A stretch of 63,912 nt of DNA, counting the filler, from Octopus bimaculoides (lineage: Eukaryota), in NCBI RefSeq assembly GCF_001194135.2. It is 11 parts of 10 records of this genome, joined end to end, with 100 filler letters (N's around TTAATTAATTAA, not from the genome) between each part and the next. Parts side by side here need not be neighbours in the genome. Positions count along the whole stretch, not along the records: positions 1 to 18,555 come from NC_068995.1; positions 18,656 to 19,960 come from NC_068990.1; positions 20,061 to 30,889 come from NC_068988.1; 8 more parts are not named here. One strand, given 5' to 3'. The position numbers and the translations under genes were made by a program. The notes beneath the pieces were generated by a model. That model searched no databases, was not told the origin of the DNA, and saw only the letters and a program-made list of their open reading frames with translations. Within the stretch, counting starts at the first letter, position 1; each line of letters opens with the position of its first letter. Positions 10,916 to 23,534 of the stretch are shown here, one piece after another.

Positions 10916-13900
10916 CATATAGAAACATGCCGAACTCCACAAATGCCTTCACCCCTTTTTCTAGCTCCAATCCCATCACCCCAGACACACTTATATAATG
11001 AAATAGTAATAATGTATCCCCTCTACACCAAGAAACCTGTTCCTTCGCTCACACTTTAACCCAACATCTCCCAGCATAAAGCCGCCGTCCTCTTTACTGT
11101 GGAGTCAGATCCTGTAAAAAAAAAATAAACCACACTTGGAATATTTGAATGTCAACAGGAATTCGAAGCTGTGTTGGTTTTCTGCCTACAAAATTGCAAT
11201 TAACCTAGTCCCTTGTTTAGTAGCAAAGTTTGTTTACGTCCGATGAAGCCACAGGGGATAAGTTCGAATGTACTTCATCTTATAGCAGAAACAGTCGTAA
11301 GCTAATGAAGTTGATGACGTTAATTAGTGTACCCTTGTTATTTCGTATTTCACATATATAATATAGGACACTGTGACGCCAGCCAAGAACCAGAAGTATA
11401 CGTGGTCGCTAGACTTGCTAGAAACAATAGCAAATTCAGTGAAATCACGTACTGCAATATAGTCCTACATACAGCATGAAATACACATAGATTAAGAAAA
11501 AAAAATGCCGGTACTGTTAGCAATAAAACTTTCCCCAGTACAACAATGCAGGAGACATGAAAATAGGTAAATACAAATATATGTGGCATAATTGAATCCG
11601 TCTAAAAGTGAGACATAGAACAGTTGAATGTTCTACCGACTGCCACTGTCTCTGGACCTCATAATTAACTCAAAAGATATGCAACCAATGTGGATCAGTC
11701 AATCAACAAAAACTCTTATTGTTAATAGATTATAACACACAAGTCAATGGGAATATTAATGTCTATGTGTGTTGGTCTTACAGCATGTGCACATTTCTGA
11801 AAGCGAAATATCACTTTAAACTGCGGCATATTAATCAAAATTAAACACAAATAATAAACATTAGATAATTATCGTCGCTAATACAAAAATAAATGTAATT
11901 TTATCAATAGATTAATCAAAGAACAGATCGATTCAAATCTGGCAGTGAAATTAGACAAGACATACCTCAGTTAAGTACCGGAAGAGAAAGACCTAAGTAG
12001 ACAGGATTCTGGGTAACTAAGACGAATAACTCTGACAATTTCCGGTTTTGATGGTAACTCTCTAGCATATAATCTCGAACCGAAGTTTCATCTGAACCAA
12101 AATGTTAATTTCCTTTCGTTAAAATTTCATTTATTTCATCACTTAATTACTTTAAACATTCGCCTGGCGACTAAAATATTATTAAATTTGTTTCCGCGTT
12201 GTTTTTATTGTTTAATAGTAGCCAATCGTTTAGGTGGGGAGGTAAAAAAAGGCGAGTGTCCTAGATAATTAAGCAGTGAGTCGTTGGAGAGGTAACGATA
12301 GAACCAGTATGACATTGTCAGGTTATTAATAAGTTGGCAGGTAACCCGACGTCTTCTTTTCTCTCTCTCGTCCTGTACGTCATTTCCTACTACTATTATG
12401 GGCTGCCCTATACACAGCACAACAAACATTTCCCCGTAAGTCTACTTCTTGCCAATTATGTGCATTTGTTGTCTCCAGCAATCATTGTTCACCACCTGAA
12501 ATTGGGGAGAAGTGTGGACACTGCTAGTTTTTATTCCGTGCCAACCAGTTAAAGGATTATATCTGCTACCACCCACACAGAACACGTTCCATTTCTCACT
12601 GTTGACTATCGATGAAATGAGAAACCATTTTTGAAAAACTGCCGATCGCACTAACTAGAACCTTCTTATCTCCATCAACTACAGTTCAGTCTTTTATTAT
12701 TATTTTCTTAATTTTCCATTCTCTCTTTGTGTGTATATATAATCACATATAAACATATAGACGGCACACATTACACCGCACCGCGTGTTACTATCACTGT
12801 AGTCGTAAGGTGCCCCCGCCGCCAACGACAACACGGACACACGACCAACGTCTAAACATTTCCACCTCTCTAGTGGACTTTAGTGTCTGTCTGTCTGTTT
12901 GTCTCTCTGTGTATGTAATGTACATAAATATATATATACATGCTAGCTTCCTCCGTCACTTATTGCCAGGCAAAGAGTGGAAGCTGTTGTTTCCTTGTTA
13001 AATCTAAAACGGTGGTGGTGGTGCGTTTAGAGGAGACGAAAACAGCCGCGTTATAATCCTACGCTTGCTAATGTTGTCTGTGACAACGAGCTGTTTAAAC
13101 TATCACAAAACACCCCAGTCAACAAACAACAGCTGAATCAACCATTAACCACAACCGCAGTGTGGGGGAAGTATTAATGATATAGAGAGGAGGAAGAACA
13201 AGGAGAGAAAGTAACAGCAGAGAAAGCGGAAGAAAATACAAGAAGGAAAAGCCACACATTATCCGAGGACATAAATATCGATATATATATATATATATAT
13301 ATAGAAAGAGAGATTATATAATATATATATATATCTACAGAAATATATATTTTATATTTATTAAGCTTTGAAGAAACATCAACTATTTTGAACTTGGTGA
13401 AATTAGTGGAGAACAGCGATTATTTTTTCTACATCTCTATACCTTCGTCTTCGTAATCACAATTGGCCGTTGTGTGAATCTTTATGAGTAGGAAGTAATC
13501 GCAATAGTAGCACCACATACACACTACCAGCACCAGTTCCAACAACGTCTCAGAAAAAAAAAGGAAATTAAATAAATATATATATATGTGAAAACAATTG
13601 CTGCACCCCGGAGGGAGAGGTAATATAAACCAACCCCGAATGAGATCCTCATATCCAAAACCTTGAATGACTCTGGCATCAGAATGTGACAAGGTACAAA
13701 CTTGGATCTATCGGCCGAGATAAGTACATCATATATAATATATATATATATATTATATATATATTGATAGCTAGTTTTGTTGAGAGAGGATTTAATCGAT
13801 CAGTTTCGACATAGCTAAACATTAGAGCGAGAGTGGAAATCGATCTAACCTAAAAGCGAGACCTACCCATACCTATTACACACTCTGCTTCTCTAATCAC

Positions 13901-14104
13901 CTCTATTACTCTCGTCTTTCATCTGGCATATGTAGTTTAGTTTTATTAGTTCGAATCACGACTCTAATCAGTTTCTTTTTTTTTTTTACACTCCCTGTGT
14001 GAGTGAAAAAGAAAAATCTAGTAAATTTTCGTTGTCGGTAAATACCGTCCATTATTAACCCTGAAGACTTCAAGTGGACACCAGAGCTGATCAGTGGTTC
14101 AAAA

Positions 14105-14172
14105 ATGAAGAAAAAACCCAACCTTACACTACCTCCTTCCGTAGCGGAGCCCCAGAATGACTGTTCTAATGA
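14105..14172 (+). CDS. MAP2K1: Probable first coding exon of MEK1/2-like dual-specificity MAP kinase kinase
   Basis: aaaaATG in good context; MKKKPNLTLPPSVAEPQNDCSN plus 2 nt, then strong donor GTAAGT. Basic cluster + LxL docking (D) motif resembles invertebrate MEK N-termini (Drosophila Dsor1 MSKNKLNLVLPP); the phase-2 first intron matches vertebrate MAP2K1. No kinase exon was found in the window, so identity rests on 22 residues and MAP2K1 vs MAP2K2 cannot be resolved. Confidence 0.6.
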
Positions 14173-15354
14173 GTAAGTATCACTCTTTTGTACATCTTTA
14201 ATTAATTACACCCACTCATTCGCTGTGAATAAACCCATACATACCTTCACACCTCTATCTCGATAGATAGCTATGTGTTCCCACGACAAACCGACCTTTC
14301 CGAAATTATCCGACCATCTATATCCATACACACGTAACCACATCAACATATATCTGTATATATTCCCATAATATGTGTAGAGTGAATTGTATATGTGATA
14401 GTTAAAAGACATTACGGTCGTTATTCAAATCGAAAATTCAGATATATCATCTTAAAATATTAATAATAATTATAATTAAGGTATCGACAGTAACACTTAT
14501 CTATTATTCAATATTAACCACCCACACAAGAAAATATATTTTAAATTTAAAAAGAAAATAACATGAACAAATACAGCAATGGAAAAAAAGAAACATTACA
14601 TCTAAACAAGTAAACATTTATTCATAAATATATCCTCATTAATATCAATCCAGTCTTTGGTTTCTTTTCCTGGAATTCCATTTACCATATTTCGTTCCAA
14701 GAAACCACAAGAATCTGTATTTTCAACAGTTAAATTGTCTAAATAGGAACTGAGAGAGAGAGAGACCGACCGCCTCCCGCCATCACCTTTTCTGTCGTCA
14801 TTACCACCACCACCGCTGTCGCAGCTGCACTGCAGTGCTTGTTATGTAGATTCATTAAGTCCCCTTAATTAACCACATCAAAGGCCTAATTAAGTAAGAT
14901 ATTTAGAAACAACAGTTGTATATAGTTTAGCAAGCTTACTGTTTGCTATCGATACTGGCATTTCATTAAATACTCTTTAAAATACACGGAAGGTGAGAGA
15001 GGGTGTTGTTTTTTCTTTCTTTTACGTGTGTCGGTCATTTGACTGCGGCCATGCCGGAGCACCGTACACACATTTATACGTATAATACACCCATGTACTT
15101 GTCTATAGTTAGTTTCTCAAACTGTTAAAAATAACAGCTAAATTATTTAAAATTATGGCTATTTTTCTATTTGATGTGAAGAAACGTCAAGTAAAATTAT
15201 ATTTTACCATTAATGAAAAAACTGAAATTAAAGGGTTGGGCCAAAGGATTACGCTGGGCAATCTGTACTAGGTATACATAAGGGCTAGCTGATGATAGGT
15301 GGAACGTCTTTAGTGATAGATCTGATCGATCAGGCCTACCAGGGTTAAACGAAA

Positions 15355-15387
<33 letters not shown>

Positions 15388-15499
15388 CACACATTAGACA
15401 CACCTACCTATATGTACGTACACACTTAGAAATATATATATACATATATTAGATACACCTACGTGCATATATTAAATATATACACACCTATATAGATAA

Positions 15500-15732
15500 A
15501 AGGCGGCGAGCTGGCAGTAACGTTAGCACGCCGGGCGAAATGCTTAGCGGTATTTCGTCTGCCGCTACGTTCTGAGTTCAAATTCCGCCGAGGTCGACTT
15601 TGCCTTTCATCCTTTCGGGGTCGATTAAATAAGTACCAGTTACGCACTGGGGTCGGTATAATCGACTTAATCCGTTTTTCTGTCCTTGTTTGTCCCCTCT
15701 GTGTGTAGCCCCTTGTGGGTAGTAAAGAAATA
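15500..15732 (+). mobile_element. tRNA-derived SINE, family A (GGCGGCGAGCTGGCAG...), with 18-bp target-site duplication
   Basis: Perfect direct repeat ACACACCTATATAGATAA at 15482-15499 and 15733-15750; B-box-like GAGTTCAAATTCC. Confidence 0.9.
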
Positions 15733-17984
15733 ACACACCTATATAGATAAGGGCATGAAGATCACAATTTTGAGGGTTTCATACGTATGAGAGTTCAGTA
15801 CCTGGCTTGGGCACATGCGCGCACACCCACACACACACACACACACACACATATAAACGCACGCACGCACAAATATGGGTGGGGTGTGAAGGGAGGAGAA
15901 ATTCTCCGGAGTAAGTTTCAGTTGCCATTAGAAGAACTTTTCAATTAATTTATGCGGAAGATATCCTGTTGATGGGAGAAGGAGGAGGTGGGGGGGACAT
16001 AAAAAAAAACCATACCCCTTGTTTGACCTGTTGATTTCTGATGTACCTTATTAGAAGAGGTAGGAAGAATTGTGACATCAGTGTGGCCAGTTGACCCCCC
16101 ACTCTATATATAATGTTGGATGTTTTATGCAAATATCAACTGATTTCTGTATGTAAATCAGGTGATATAATTAAATGTTGTTGAAGGTTGTCTACGACTT
16201 GTTTCTATAAATTCTATGTTTATAAATGTAGGATTACTGTTTTGTATGTATGTGTGTGTGTGTGTATATATATATGTATATATATACTTATATATATAGA
16301 TCCTGAATATTGAAAATGTGTTTACACAATACATACAATGTTAAAAGCATGCACATATGTTAGTGACCTATTTAGCATTGACGGTGTGTGTATGTGTATA
16401 TAAACATACACATGAGAAGAGTTACACCCACAAACAAGCACGCACATGCATATAGATATATATGACCTACTTAGCATTAATCATGACATGCATACATGTA
16501 TGTATGTGTAATACACACACACACACACACACAGTGAGAGAAAAAAGTTTGGTAGAACAAACGAGAAATAGAGCTTAATATAGAAATATCTATACATTGA
16601 TATTTGTTATTTGTAGAAAGATACAAAAGTGACTCAACCATCAGTTTCCTGTATGGGATTTATTCAACACAAACCTCTAAGCCCTTGAGTCACTTCTATA
16701 ACTTTTTCCGAATAAAAACTGAATGTGTTAACATATAAACACATGTGCACATATATTTTGTCGCTCGCTATATTCATCCCTGTGTTTCTGTTTGTCCTTT
16801 TGTCACTTTGCATCCTCTCTTTCTCTCCCACCTGACTTACTCCTCATCGTTTTATTTCTCATCTATCCATGGTTTTATCATACTGTTACTCAGTGTCATT
16901 TCTTCCTCCATAACCCACTCATATTTACCTTTATCTTTTGCCCAAACCAAGACTCAGAATTTATCAATCTTCCATACATGCCCAACACTCACTGCATTCA
17001 CTTCCATCTCCTCCTCTACCCATCTGCCACTCTCCTATCAAACTTCTACAAATCTACCTATTCAGCTATCCCCGAACCTCTGTTCCTGTTTTCTCTTATG
17101 TTCACCATCTTGTACCTTTAGGGTGTGCCCTGACACCTTATCTACCCCATCTTTTTCTCCCTTTCCTGCTGGAGTAGCCATATATTTCCTCTACCACAAG
17201 ACCTCCACTCCTCTTCCTCTACCATACTGATACCTGGCACAAAACCACCTCTTTCAATACTACACTCCGACTCTGTCAAGGGGCCTTGTCCTGCAAGTTA
17301 TTCAGTGACTTCACTAGTGCTGGTGCCACAAGAAAGGTACTCTGTACACACTGAAAAGTGATTGGTGTTAGAAAGGGCATGCTAAACCAGAGCAGACATA
17401 TGGCACAGGTAGAACAATTTGACTGGAACTGGTAAGCCTGAGAGCTGCACCAGGTTCTTGTCTCATTTGGCATGGTTTCTACAGCTGGTTGCCCTTTCTA
17501 ACACCAACCACTCCAAGAATGTAATGGGTGCTTTTTACATGCCACCAGTATGTGTGCCATTTTCATGACACTAGCAATGGCCAACACTACGATTTCATGA
17601 GTGCCATTTGTGTGACACTGGCAACGGCCATGATTGCAGTTTCACTTGGCTTGACAAGTCATGTGTGTATCTGTGGGGCAGGTGCTGTGACAGTGCGTTA
17701 CTACATCCACTATTTTTGGTGATTCCCCACTTCGGGGCAGGTGACACCTTTGCACCACTCGAACGACAACCCTCCAATTCATAGGTCTGTTCGGATAGTC
17801 ATTGGTGAGGTTTTTTTTTACGAGGCTGGAATGCAAATTCTACCTCAACCACTTTTAGCCATCTTTTATGACTTGTGGAGGAAACGGCATTTTTCTGACA
17901 TGCTAGTCCCTACACATCACATATGTACATACATAAAGGCTAAAGACCCCGTTTGGTCATGAATGACCATGGGATTGCACCTAG

Positions 17985-18281
17985 AAAGTTCCCCTCTGAG
18001 ACAAGTCTGGGCAAGGTTGTTTATGGAAAACCAGCAGTCACCTATGCATACCGGTCTTCCCTCTCCACACCACCGATATTATCCAAGGGAAAGGCAAAGG
18101 CCGATACAGCTTGGCACCAGTGATGTTGCAACTCATTCCTACAGCTGAGTGAACTGGAGCAACAGGAAATAAAGTGTCTTGCTCAAGAACACAACACAAC
18201 ACAACACAGCCTGGTCTGGGAATTGAACTCATTACCTCATGATTGTGAGCCTGTTGCTCTAACCACTGACCCATGTGCCTC
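17985..18281 (-). mobile_element. tRNA-derived SINE with gtgttcttgagcaagacac core-like segment
   Basis: Minus strand head GGCACATGGGTCAGTGGTTAGAG...GAGTTCAATTCCC followed by a conserved-looking central domain. Confidence 0.65.
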
Positions 18282-18511
18282 AAACACACACACACACACA
18301 CATGCCAGCATGGAAGGTAGACATTAAACAATGATGATATACATACCATGCACTCATACATGCATACAAGTACACATACATTGTATATACAAAAGATATT
18401 AGTGACCTACATAACATTGGATATGTGTGGGTGTATACATTAAAAGCATATCCACATGCCTGTGTATTGTGTATGGTATATATTTTTAGTAGCTTAGCAC
18501 TGGTGATATGT

Positions 18512-18555
<44 letters not shown>

Positions 18556-18655
18556 NNNNNNNNNNNNNNNNNNNNNNNNNNNNNNNNNNNNNNNNNNNNT
18601 TAATTAATTAANNNNNNNNNNNNNNNNNNNNNNNNNNNNNNNNNNNNNNNNNNNN

Positions 18656-18716
<61 letters not shown>

Positions 18717-19269
18717 TAGAGAGAGAGAGAAGAATGGTTGATTTTAGAGAAGTAAGACTAGAAAAGTGTGCTTGAAAAGAGCTTGTCTAATGGAGTGTAG
18801 TGAGGAAAAGAAGCTGGTGCATCAGAGAAGCTTGGACAGTGGCAGTGTTTTATGATAGAATAATACTGCAACATGCTAAATATTTTGTTTTTTATTCTCT
18901 TCTCCTTCCAGTTGGTTTCATTCTAAATGTCATTATCAAAGACAAAGACAGACTAAAGATTAAGAGATGGCCATTTCAAGATAATGAAAGAACACTTAGG
19001 ATATTAGTTTAATATATTGCAGTATATGGCGTGTAGGTGCAAAGTTTGTTCTGTAATCACGTGTATGACAGTGAAATAAAACTGAGGTTATGATGGAAGA
19101 CACTTTGGCGAATGTCTTCTACTATAACCTCTGACTTGTGATGCTTTGTGAGAAGGACTTGCAGAAAGAAACTGTATTGGAAGGCAATCATACAGATGCG
19201 CGCACACACACACACATGCACATATTTATGTATGGAAACCCATCATACATACACATCGTCATCATCACC

Positions 19270-19560
19270 ACCATCATCATCATCATCATCGTCATCATCA
19301 TCGTTTAATGTCTATTTTCCATGCTAGCATGGGTTGGATGGTTTGATAGGAACTGATCAAGCAAAGAGCAGACCAGGCTCCAATCGTTTGTTTTGACATG
19401 GTTTCTGACTATATGCCTTTCCTAATACCAACCACTTTACAGAGTGTGCTGGGTGCTGGCACCAGCAACTGCAAGACAAAGACCTCTCAACTGGGAGAGG
19501 GAGTGGGGGTATGGCCATAAAGGACATGCCTGTATGTAAAGATGGCCACAATTTTACTTA
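19270..19560 (-). repeat. Interspersed repeat with (CAT)n/(GAT)n tail (ttaggaagggcatccagc family)
   Basis: Homologous segments at about 1.1k, 4.6k, 7.2k, 8.1k, 9.2k, 17.4k and 63.6k; terminates in a catcat microsatellite. Confidence 0.7.
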
Positions 19561-19628
19561 GCTTGACTCATACACACATATAATTATGTCTGTATGTGTA
19601 TGTATGTATGTATGTATGTATGTATGTA

Positions 19629-19960
19629 TCAGGTCATCCCATAAGTTCTGTCCAATTTAACTTTTTTTAAAATTGAATGAAATTTAATAGTATTAATTGA
19701 ATGAAATTTAATAGTATTTTAGAATGTCTAATGGAATTAAAAATTATTTTAATGCATTTGTGTACATTTAAACTAATTAAATATTATTTTACAGAATAAT
19801 AGAATTAAAATTTCTTTGATTAAAACCCTTTCTAACATAGAAGTAACTGAAGAGCATTTGAGGCACATAATGCTTTATGAGTACAAAAAAGGGAATTCTG
19901 CAGCTGAAGCAACTCGAAACATATACTCAGTTTATGGGAAAGAATGCTTGAATGAAAAAA
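19629..19960 (+). mobile_element. Mariner element 5' end with transposase N-terminal remnant
   Basis: TA followed by TIR-like TCAGGTCATCCCATAAGTTCTGTCC; translation EVTEEHLRHIMLYEYKKGNSAAEATRNIYSVYGKECLNE fits the mariner HTH N-terminus; truncated by a gap. Confidence 0.8.
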
Positions 19961-20064
19961 NNNNNNNNNNNNNNNNNNNNNNNNNNNNNNNNNNNNNNNN
20001 NNNNTTAATTAATTAANNNNNNNNNNNNNNNNNNNNNNNNNNNNNNNNNNNNNNNNNNNNTGTG

Positions 20065-20095
<31 letters not shown>

Positions 20096-20390
20096 AAATT
20101 TCTTCTTTCTTTACTCTTCTTTCACCCTTTCTTTCTCTCACTTTCAGTTTTCCTACTTATTCTCCCTTTCCCTCTCCTTCTCTCTCCCTCCAACCCTCTT
20201 CCTATATGCCTGGTTAAGAAGTTCGCATCACAACAGCGACGTTCCAGTTTCGAACGCACTGCTTGACATTATTAGCAAATAACCATTTTTTTTACAGCTC
20301 TCATCCAAATAAACATTGTAAGAATATTCGAGTAGACGGGAGCGAAGTGAACGAACATCCGGTATCTAATAACATCGATATCAATAGGAG

Positions 20391-20585
20391 AAAGGCGGCG
20401 AGCTGGTAGAAACGTTAGCACACCGTGCGAAATGCTTAGCGGTATTTCGTTCTGGGTTCAAATTCCGCCGAGGTCGACTTTGCTTTTCATCCTTTCGGGG
20501 TCGATAAATTAAGAACCAGTTGCGTACTGGGGTCGATCTAGTTAACTGGCCCCCTTCGGGCTTTGTGCCTAGAGTAGCAAAGGAT
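20391..20585 (+). mobile_element. SINE family A copy
   Basis: Aligns by eye to 15500-15732; further copies at about 25745, 28506, 31700-32000(-), 45590 and 60580(-). Confidence 0.85.
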
Positions 20586-21511
20586 ATAAATATATATGTA
20601 TGTATATATATATATGTATGTATATATATATATGTATGTATGCATGTATATTTATATATATATACGTATTTATCTAGAATACACGAACACACGTACGTAA
20701 ACACTGAACGACACACACACACACACACACACATAACAAGTACGGATCATCTTTTGTTTTGTTTTTGTTTCGTAATTTTCTTTTTATTTGTTCATTTGTC
20801 TATTATTATTCCGCTTACCATTTATCTTATATATTTTTATTAAATTTCTACACAACATTGTTATGACATATTTTTCCCAGTCGCAAAAATACATATCACA
20901 ACCGTTTCGTCTGTTATATTCTTCTATCTTATTTCAATTTCAATGTTGTTAATTTATTTATTCTAATTATTACTTTATTTATTTATTTAATCTTCCACTT
21001 ATTTATTTTTTATTGTTTATTATTCATTATTTACATTCATTTATACTTAACTTTTATTTTATTTTCATTTTTACTTTTATTTATATACCTGTGTATTTAT
21101 ATATACATATATATTTGTTTTTCGCCGGCTGATAACACACCTGTTAAATTTGCTATTGTTAACGGCAATTGCATAAAGATAGAAATCAATACAGGTGTGA
21201 AAGTTAAAATAACGTTAAGAAAGTCGTGGCGAATAAAGGAAAAATACATAACAATAAGATTTGATCATCTTTTTTTGATTTGACTACCGGCTAATTCTCC
21301 TCTTTATCTTGTTATTGTTATTGTATTTGTTGTTACTGGTTGTTGTTGGAGTTGTTTTTGTTGGTGTTGTTGTTGTTGCTTTGCTGTTCGATATTCTAAT
21401 CTTTGTTTTTCTCCTTTCCTTTCTGTCGATGCTTCTTTCCTTTTCTATTATGTTTATTTCAAAAGACTTGGATTCTACATCTGTAAACAACGTATACGAA
21501 CGAAAACAAGC

Positions 21512-21556
<45 letters not shown>

Positions 21557-22469
21557 ACACGCACACACACAAACCAAACGAAAAAGTATCTTCGACAGTG
21601 AGAAAATTTAAATAAACTATACACAAGTAAAATTACTTACATAAGTATAGAAACATGACAAATTTACTTATTTCTCCGTAGATTAAAGAACACAAATAAA
21701 AAACGATTAACAATCTTGATCGATTTTCGGATGTTATTGGGGTCTCGTCAGCGGTGTCCTAATTATTTGACCGATCGCAGAGAAACTGGTAGTTTCAGAA
21801 AACTGATAGTACCAATTTTTGTGCTATTGATGTTTAAGACTTCAGTTGATATCAGAAACCTGTCCACGGAGAATCCAATCCTCACTGTATGATATAATCC
21901 TTTTAATATATGCACAACACTTGAAATTTGGGTGGGGAAGGCATGAGTCGATTTTATCGGCCCCAGTGTTCAACTGGTATTTATTTCATCAACCCTGTAA
22001 GAATGAAAAACAAAGTTGATCTTCGGAGAATTTCAAATCAAAACATAAAGAAAGACGAAAGGCCACTAAGGATTTTGACCACAAAGCTAACGATTCAGGC
22101 GGCTCGCCGACCTAATAATAATAATCCTTTCTAGCTGAGGCACAAGACCAGGAATTTGGGTATGAAAGGACAAATCGATTACATCGATCCTAGTGCTTAT
22201 TTTATCGACCCCGAATGGATGAAATGCAAAGTTCACTTCTGTGGAATTTGAGTTCAGAACGTAAAGACGGACAAAATGCTGCTAAAGGTTTTGTCCGTCG
22301 TGGTATATATTCTGCTGGCTTCTAAACTTATACAGTAGACGTACAAATATTCAAAATTTACCAATTTCTCAATAGATTGAAGAACAATGATAAACACTCT
22401 CTCACACACACACACGCACCTCTCTTTCTTTCTCTCTTTCGTTCTCCTTTTTCTCTCTCTCTTTATATG

Positions 22470-22712
22470 TATATGAGGGAGAGTGAAAAATTATTTGTAC
22501 TCTTGTTTTTTCAATTTTTTTACACAAAAGCTTGATATAAACAAGTACGTCATTTTTCTGTATAATTTTTCTTCCTTTTCGATGCACTTGGTCCAGTGGT
22601 CCACAAGTTTGCGTATTCCATCCAACAAGAAGGTTTTCAGTTGGTCGTGGAAACATTTATGCACCGCTTCTTTCACATCTTCATCCGTAGGAAATCGACG
22701 ACCTCACAAACC
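22470..22712 (-). mobile_element. Mariner transposase C-terminal remnant and right end
   Basis: Minus translation GRRFPTDEDVKEAVHKCFHDQLKTFLLDGIRKLVDHWTKCIEKE matches the mariner C-terminal consensus (F..GIRKLV.RW.KC.E.EGDY); in-frame stop upstream; TA-TGAGGG end. Confidence 0.85.
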
Positions 22713-22869
22713 ATCTTAGCTTAGATTTTCTTGGGTCAGGCCAGATTGGAGCAGTCTCGAGAGTAACCAGCCGAAACTTTTTTTGTATCGTCTAACTGTC
22801 CGAATGTTTTACTGTCGCCTTTTTCGTTCTTGTTCCATTTTTTTTTGTTTTCTTTATATATATACATAT

Positions 22870-22901
<32 letters not shown>

Positions 22902-23099
22902 NNNNNNNNNNNNNNNNNNNNNNNNNNNNNNNNNNNNNNNNNNNNNNNNNNNNNNNNNNNNNNNNNNNNNNNNNNNNNNNNNNNNNNNNNNNNNNNNNNN
23001 NNNNNNNNNNNNNNNNNNNNNNNNNNNNNNNNNNNNNNNNNNNNNNNNNNNNNNNNNNNNNNNNNNNNNNNNNATATATAGATAGATAGATAGATAGAA

Positions 23100-23189
<90 letters not shown>

Positions 23190-23486
23190 AATACGCGTAT
23201 ATATATACACGTGCGTCAAATTAAACTTATATCTAAAATTATATAGATGTAATAACATTAGTTTACTTGTGTATCGACTTACATATGTGTAAATATATTT
23301 ATCAGATTCTAATTATAACGCCTACCCTTATATGTAGTTTTATCTCAGTTTATGAATATAAATATATCTTCTTCCCAAGAACACTCATATGTACATATAT
23401 ACAAATATATGAGTTTCTATTAGCCTGTGTATCGATATTCTAGCATATGGTATACGAATCTAAATATATATGCATACACATATAAC

Positions 23487-23534
<48 letters not shown>

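Noticed and set aside
11036-11110. Minus-strand acceptor at 11111-11112 suggesting an upstream RPL17 UTR exon
   Set aside because: Only a weak donor and no upstream partner could be identified; cannot be supported without transcripts.
16745-17230. 161-aa Ser/Leu/Phe-rich ORF
   Set aside because: Pyrimidine-biased low-complexity sequence; no motif or splice support.
18600-18611. TTAATTAATTAA repeated at regular-looking positions (also 20005, 30934, 32703, 34789, 43041, 45481, 55696, 58756, 60953)
   Set aside because: Always embedded in N-runs; a six-frame-stop scaffolding linker, i.e. an assembly artefact.
20298-20317. 20-nt plus-strand micro-exon candidate (tttttacAG...GTAAGA)
   Set aside because: Not frame-preserving; combined with the 25354 candidate it creates TGA; no other support.
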